A stretch of 64,000 nt of DNA from a virus, in IMG/VR virus record IMGVR_UViG_3300022752_002834, positions 1 through 64,000 of that record, one strand, 5' to 3'. This document shows positions 59,277 through 64,000 of the stretch, one piece after another. The notes under the pieces are model-generated. The model was not told the DNA's origin and did not search any database. It saw nothing but the letters and a program-made list of their open reading frames with translations. The translations under genes and the position numbers were made by a program. Position 1 is the stretch's first letter. Each line of letters begins with the position of its first letter.

Positions 59277-60290
59277 TTACCAAGATTTACAAGCCCAATA
59301 ACGAGCCTTCCATTTTGGGCCGGGATTATCGCAGTTGTGTCTAGCCCTAAAGCTCTTTCTTCTTTCTGGAATGTTCTTTTTGATTTTCATATTTGGGTCA
59401 CCAAATCTTACTATAACAACATTGCCACTCTCATTCTTAACATATACGGCGAACTTCTTAGGACCATCAGAAGTTCTAAATGGTTTATTGAGCGTTACCT
59501 TACGTCCTTGATATTCAGAAGCTTCACCAACATATGTTAATCGCCTACCATCTTTTTCGTAAATTCCTTGACGTTTATAATTATATACTTCTCCAGTTTT
59601 TGGATCTTCGTATTTGAAGCCAGCATCAGACTCAGGCTCTTCTATCTCTAATTCTGATGGCTCTTCAACTTCTTCTGGAGTATATTCGTCTTCATACTTA
59701 CCGGGTTCGTAGTACTTTACAAAGTCATAAACATTCTGAATGTATATTTCGGCTTTAGAAATCATGTCCTTTGTCCAATCTTGGAATTCTACAGACAAAG
59801 ACATTCCCTTTAATCTCATTATGATTTCCATCAACTGATCATGCATTTTTTGGATTTGTTCTAATGCCATTTCATCGCCATCATCAGACTGAGCTTTTTT
59901 CCAAGCTTCTTTACTTGGTCTGTCTGGATCTCCCGGCTTGGCTGGCTTATAATTCTTACCTTCGCGTTCTCTTTTCTTTCTAATATTATCCCATAGTCCC
60001 GGCTTCTCACCAGCAACGTCCCACTCTTCTGTTTCTTCGCCAAAATCCTCGTACTCTGCTTCAGAAGGAACATAAAAATTGTCTTCTGTTAGTTCTTCGG
60101 CGTAGCCAGCTTCCATTTGTAATTCAAAATCAGCAGATTCTACACAATCACAATCTGCCGTGGCTTGACCAATACATATAGCAACTCTTTGCTTTTGATC
60201 TGGATAATCCTTTTTCATTGTTTCATTACCCATGCAGCGGGATACGAAAGCGTCCTTTTGTTCATCTTTTCGTCTATTAGGAATTGGCAT
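59277..60290 (-). CDS. Multi-module acidic/basic protein, possible head-internal protein
   Basis: Modules MPIP...FVSRCM..YPDQKQRVAIC, GLWDNIRKKR and EYQGRKVTLNKP...VRFGDPNM...RRKSFRARHNC...RYWAC, joined by Glu-rich linkers. Confidence 0.65.
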   Translation of the reverse strand: MPIPNRRKDEQKDAFVSRCMGNETMKKDYPDQKQRVAICIGQATADCDCVESADFELQMEAGYAEELTEDNFYVPSEAEYEDFGEETEEWDVAGEKPGLWDNIRKKREREGKNYKPAKPGDPDRPSKEAWKKAQSDDGDEMALEQIQKMHDQLMEIIMRLKGMSLSVEFQDWTKDMISKAEIYIQNVYDFVKYYEPGKYEDEYTPEEVEEPSELEIEEPESDAGFKYEDPKTGEVYNYKRQGIYEKDGRRLTYVGEASEYQGRKVTLNKPFRTSDGPKKFAVYVKNESGNVVIVRFGDPNMKIKKNIPERRKSFRARHNCDNPGPKWKARYWACKSW

Positions 60291-61152
60291 GATGTTCTCC
60301 ACTGTTAAAGATTAATGTCTTAGCTTCTTCGAATATATTGTTCATACTCCATTCTGGAATTCTACTTTGAAAATGATTCTTTATATCTTGTATCATTTGG
60401 TGATTTGGATCTTGTGTTATTTCCATCCACCCAATAAAATAGTTCCAGATTCTATCTTCTAATACTAGTCGATACTTTACGCCATTTGGGCGACTAAATC
60501 TATGATTCCATTTCAATTGTGGCAAGCATATATTTTTACCACCCCATTGTCTAAATTTTTCTGCTATATAGCCCTCTTCTCCACCGAATCCTTTAAAATT
60601 TGTATTTATGCCCTTCCAAGCAGATTTTTTAAAAGATAACAAACCCATTCCCTGCATTGGAATTTCAAAAGGCTTACATGCATTGTAAGATTGGGCGTCT
60701 GTAGCCCATATTCCATACATATCTCCACGCCAAACTGGATCAAAGTGCGTAGAATAATGCTTTAAATCATCATACCACAATGGACCTTGAACTAAGTCTT
60801 TGCACGGGTAATGATGCTCAAAATAGGATAAGAGATTATTGATACCATTATCTTGAATAAGAACATGGCAATCTATTATAAGTACATACTCCCCGTCAGA
60901 ATACTCCACAATATCATACTTATTGAAAGATGACTGTCTCTTTTTATATGGTATGTATTTTCCACGTACAGCATTTTCTACAAACTTTTTGCACTCTTTA
61001 CCATGTTGTCCATCTGGATTGCTATCTAATACTATAAACTCAACAGCATCTTTATCCGCACATATTGGGTGATACATTCTCAATGATTGTATGGAGAAAA
61101 ATACTCCATCATAATCATCATAAGTCGCCATGCCTATTGTCAATTTTTTCAT
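60277..61152 (-). CDS. GT-A glycosyltransferase with DxH and GGEE motifs (polypeptide HexNAc-transferase-like)
   Basis: LTIGMATY, LIIDCHVL, PFEIPMQGMGL, GFGGEEGYI, WNHRF. Confidence 0.75.
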   Translation of the reverse strand: MKKLTIGMATYDDYDGVFFSIQSLRMYHPICADKDAVEFIVLDSNPDGQHGKECKKFVENAVRGKYIPYKKRQSSFNKYDIVEYSDGEYVLIIDCHVLIQDNGINNLLSYFEHHYPCKDLVQGPLWYDDLKHYSTHFDPVWRGDMYGIWATDAQSYNACKPFEIPMQGMGLLSFKKSAWKGINTNFKGFGGEEGYIAEKFRQWGGKNICLPQLKWNHRFSRPNGVKYRLVLEDRIWNYFIGWMEITQDPNHQMIQDIKNHFQSRIPEWSMNNIFEEAKTLIFNSGEHHANS

Positions 61153-61154
61153 GT

Positions 61155-62174
61155 TTAACCCGGTGCAGAATAAAAGCCTATATCAAATCCGGGTTTGGTG
61201 CATTGTTTTATAGCTTCATCCATACCCTTGGTTTTAAGTACGTTCTCTATATGTATACACATATTGGTGTCTGTTCCCGGCCAGTTATTCTTGCAATAAT
61301 GGCACAATTTAGTGCATTTCCAGCCCTGTCTATCTTCTGATATTGGTTTTGGAGTATTATTTTTCTGTATGTCTTTGAACCTCTCTTTTAGCATATTTAG
61401 GAATCTAGACTCATCTGCTTTGTCAAAACACATAGAAAATGGTCCACCATCCTTAATAAAGAAAATGCTCATTATAGACTGTTTGTATTCTGGAAATAAT
61501 TTTGATATTGCATAGTTGTATAGCAAAAGCTGTGGATCTGAACATAACTTTTCATATGTTTTTTCCTCGCCCGTAGCCCAATCAAGCCTTCTGCCAGTTT
61601 TCCAATCGATTACTTCTATAATACCATCAGAAGACTCTGTAACTAAGTCTATAGTACCCTTGATTGCTAACTGACCTTTAATCATCTTACCATTTACTTC
61701 ATATTCATAAAACGCCCAATCTTCATCTATCGGTATATCGAAATGTGGCTCTGCTGCAACTATCTTTCTATACCTTGGATCAAACTGACCATCATTATAT
61801 GATAGAGTGTCCCAAACGAGTTTCAAACAATCATTTTGATCAGCTTTGGAGAAACTGTTTTTTGATTCGGATGTATAAAAATTGTAACTTTTCTGCAAAA
61901 GCTCGTCTATGAACTTAGCTGTATACAGTTCTGATTTTTTGATATTAATCTCACCAACAGCCTCGTCTTGAATACATAGTTTTAGTTTTTTAGGATTATC
62001 TTGTGCGAACTTCTTTAGTTTTGCTAAGACTTCCATCACTTTATGGACTATGGTTCCAAGCTCTGCCTTTTTACCACTATCTGATTGATGACCAAGTACG
62101 TATGTAATAAAGTACTGCATTTGGCAGTATGCATAATTATTATAACTAGATGATCTTATGTATGTTACTAGCAT
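61155..62174 (-). CDS. Cas4/AddB-like PD-(D/E)xK exonuclease with Fe-S cysteines
   Basis: SS..YAYC, GTIVH, E...GTIDLV, IDWKTG, QLLLY and C-terminal CTKLCHYC. Confidence 0.85.
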   Translation of the reverse strand: MLVTYIRSSSYNNYAYCQMQYFITYVLGHQSDSGKKAELGTIVHKVMEVLAKLKKFAQDNPKKLKLCIQDEAVGEINIKKSELYTAKFIDELLQKSYNFYTSESKNSFSKADQNDCLKLVWDTLSYNDGQFDPRYRKIVAAEPHFDIPIDEDWAFYEYEVNGKMIKGQLAIKGTIDLVTESSDGIIEVIDWKTGRRLDWATGEEKTYEKLCSDPQLLLYNYAISKLFPEYKQSIMSIFFIKDGGPFSMCFDKADESRFLNMLKERFKDIQKNNTPKPISEDRQGWKCTKLCHYCKNNWPGTDTNMCIHIENVLKTKGMDEAIKQCTKPGFDIGFYSAPG

Positions 62175-62175
62175 A

Positions 62176-62913
62176 TTAGCTCCAAAGATGAGAATATATT
62201 TTTAATGTTTCGAACAACTGATTGAGATCCAGATTAGAATTATCTATAACGAGATCGAAGTTGTTCCAATCATAATTCTTTTTATCTAGAGCAGATTCTG
62301 CTTCAAAATCACTATTGAATATATCTCTTGTTAATCTTATGACTTTTCCACCGGCTTTCTTTATTGCGTCTACTTCATTGGGAAATCTAACATCTGGTAT
62401 GATCGCTATTTCAGAATTATCGGATAATATATTTTTAAGTGTGTATTCTGCCCAAGCGTCAGATTTTATTTTTCGAATAATCGATGTTCCAAAATACTCT
62501 AAAAATTCTCGTATAGTTAGGTTTTCTTCGCTGGCATTTCCACCGGGAAGATCAGACCAAATAAAAGGTGTCTTCTGATTCTTATCATCATTGGATCCAT
62601 ATACCAGCTTTGAATCTAGACCAAATAGATTTATAGCCAAATCCTTTAGTGGGTCTGCAAAGTGATAAACTTTTATGTAGGGCCATAGTTCTTTTTCAGC
62701 ATACTCTACAAATACTTGATCTTTTCTGGTAACGTCAAATATACCATAGCCAACTTTGCCAGAATTATCTTTTGTTGATACAGCCAAAGATCCATCTTGC
62801 TCAATAAAAAAGTCTGATATCATTCCCCTATTTGCAAGAACCACACCATTTATGTAGTTAGCAACAGTATTTTTACCAGCCTGTTTTCTACCAGATATGC
62901 CTACGATCTTCAT
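62176..62913 (-). CDS. Deoxynucleoside monophosphate kinase
   Basis: GISGRKQAGKNT P-loop, FADPLK, REFLEYFGT, IPDVRFPNE. Confidence 0.88.
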   Translation of the reverse strand: MKIVGISGRKQAGKNTVANYINGVVLANRGMISDFFIEQDGSLAVSTKDNSGKVGYGIFDVTRKDQVFVEYAEKELWPYIKVYHFADPLKDLAINLFGLDSKLVYGSNDDKNQKTPFIWSDLPGGNASEENLTIREFLEYFGTSIIRKIKSDAWAEYTLKNILSDNSEIAIIPDVRFPNEVDAIKKAGGKVIRLTRDIFNSDFEAESALDKKNYDWNNFDLVIDNSNLDLNQLFETLKIYSHLWS

Positions 62914-62914
62914 A

Positions 62915-63934
62915 TTAACCCCTTATTTGTGATAATACATTCTTCTTGATTTGCTCAATAGACATTTCGCCAATGTCTTTATGATTTAATTTTGGGAAAC
63001 TAAGCTTATAGAATCTTCCCAATTGTCTTTGTAGCTGTATCTTGGATTCTCGTCCAGCTTGATCGTTGTCCGTTAAAATAATTATATGAGTCAGAGGCAG
63101 TTGTTGCAACTTGGATTGTTGCTCTTTGGTTAAAGTCTTACCAAATATTCCAACCGCGTTATATATTCCAGCCTCATACAATTTCCATAAATCTCCCTGT
63201 CCTTCTACTATAAAAACAGAATTGGACTGATGTATGTATGGTAATGCTCTATGTATGTTGTAAAAATGGAATCGTTTGTCGAACCCTTTGGGATAAATAA
63301 GAAACTTGGGTATCTTATACTCTTTTATTGATCTACCAATGTATCCTATGATCTGTCCACACTCACTATGAATAGGGATAACCGACCTGTCATATAGCTT
63401 ACATGTCTTGTCTAAACAATCGCCAACGCCAAAATGTTCTAGAGTTTTTTTCTTGAATCCACGATTTAAGAAGTATTTTGATGGTATATCAAGAGATAAT
63501 TCTACATCAACGCTGTTTATTGTGGGTTTCGTTGCCGTTTCTTTCAAAAGATCTATAAGCTCCTCAAAATCGCTTTTTTCTTCTTGAGGCTCTATTGTCG
63601 TTGCGGCATTTTGCTCATCAATATTAAGATTGAACTCTTTTCTGATCCATCCCAAAACATCGCCAAAACCAACGTCTTCGCCTTTCTCGTTCGATAAAGC
63701 ACCAGATATTAGTCCAAATATATCATTCTTATGATTATTCTGACATTCTCTAGTCCAGCATTTCCATATGCCTCTATTCTTAGAAAATGAGAACGCTCTT
63801 GGATTATCACTTGATTCATGTACTGGGCAAGTGGAGTAGATGTTATCTCCAAAAACTTCATACTTGATACCAAGCTTTGAAAGAACATCTTCTATTCTAT
63901 TGTTCAGTACTTTTTTAATCTGTAACAAGTTCAT
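62915..63934 (-). CDS. dnaG: DNA primase (zinc-binding domain + TOPRIM)
   Basis: CPVH...WKCW..C zinc domain; IVEGQGD, DNDQAG and KDIGE TOPRIM motifs. Confidence 0.9.
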   Translation of the reverse strand: MNLLQIKKVLNNRIEDVLSKLGIKYEVFGDNIYSTCPVHESSDNPRAFSFSKNRGIWKCWTRECQNNHKNDIFGLISGALSNEKGEDVGFGDVLGWIRKEFNLNIDEQNAATTIEPQEEKSDFEELIDLLKETATKPTINSVDVELSLDIPSKYFLNRGFKKKTLEHFGVGDCLDKTCKLYDRSVIPIHSECGQIIGYIGRSIKEYKIPKFLIYPKGFDKRFHFYNIHRALPYIHQSNSVFIVEGQGDLWKLYEAGIYNAVGIFGKTLTKEQQSKLQQLPLTHIIILTDNDQAGRESKIQLQRQLGRFYKLSFPKLNHKDIGEMSIEQIKKNVLSQIRG

Positions 63935-63998
63935 TGTTTATTGCGTCTTGTATTCTTACCTTTACAATTCCTTCGTCATTAACCAATCCAGTATCACC
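63915..63998 (-). CDS. C-terminal end of an upstream gene (truncated by the window edge)
   Basis: Open frame ...GDTGLVNDEGIVKVRIQDAINNELVTD* overlapping the primase start. A helicase is plausible by synteny only. Confidence 0.45.
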   Translation of the reverse strand, partial: GDTGLVNDEGIVKVRIQDAINNELVTD

Positions 63999-64000
63999 CA

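Larger units (their letters stand above)
1..64000. other. Segment of a large tailed phage genome (structural arm on +, replication/glycosylation arm on -)
   Basis: Tape measure, tail tube and neck gene order; phage-type primase, dNMP kinase and DnaE; abutting or overlapping genes; no cellular housekeeping genes; one strand switch at about 39.7 kb. Confidence 0.95.

Noticed and set aside
61155-62174. Cas4 as part of a CRISPR-Cas locus
   Set aside because: No repeat-spacer array or other cas genes in the window; solo Cas4-like nucleases are common in phage replication modules.
1-64000. Alternative genetic code (stop-codon reassignment)
   Set aside because: Code 11 gives long ORFs that tile the window, and TAA, TGA and TAG all end genes at sensible boundaries.
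1-64000. tRNA, rRNA, CRISPR array or diversity-generating retroelement
   Set aside because: Intergenic gaps are under about 100 nt with no cloverleaf or array. No reverse transcriptase is present, and the TMP repeats do not differ specifically at adenines.

Overview
Gene-dense, AT-rich 64-kb segment of a large tailed dsDNA phage (Caudoviricetes). It is probably a long non-contractile-tailed phage, since no sheath gene is seen. Host unknown. Two convergent arms meet at a terminator near 39.7 kb. The + arm (1-39690) is the virion module: a poly-Gly/Cys-rich protein, adaptor/neck proteins, fibre-like proteins, tail tube, putative chaperones, a 2376-aa tape measure protein (TMP), a 3757-aa LamG/FG-GAP adhesin-like protein and tail-tip proteins. 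The - arm (64000-39790) encodes primase, dNMP kinase, a Cas4-like nuclease, a small late-expressed island, a DnaE polymerase split into two genes around a DnaQ-like exonuclease and two endonucleases, SSB, and a 13-gene glycan-biosynthesis operon. Main hypotheses: (1) a phage-encoded virion O-glycosylation system, suggested by Ser-Gly enrichment in exterior virion proteins but not the TMP, the glycosyltransferase operon, and a polypeptide-HexNAc-transferase-like enzyme; (2) a TMP carrying enzyme-like cargo domains bounded by repeated FAxGG motifs; (3) an intein-free split dnaE; (4) apparent avoidance of CCWGG; (5) a GTGTATA late-promoter motif. All family assignments come from motif recognition by eye and all counts are hand counts; no searches were run.
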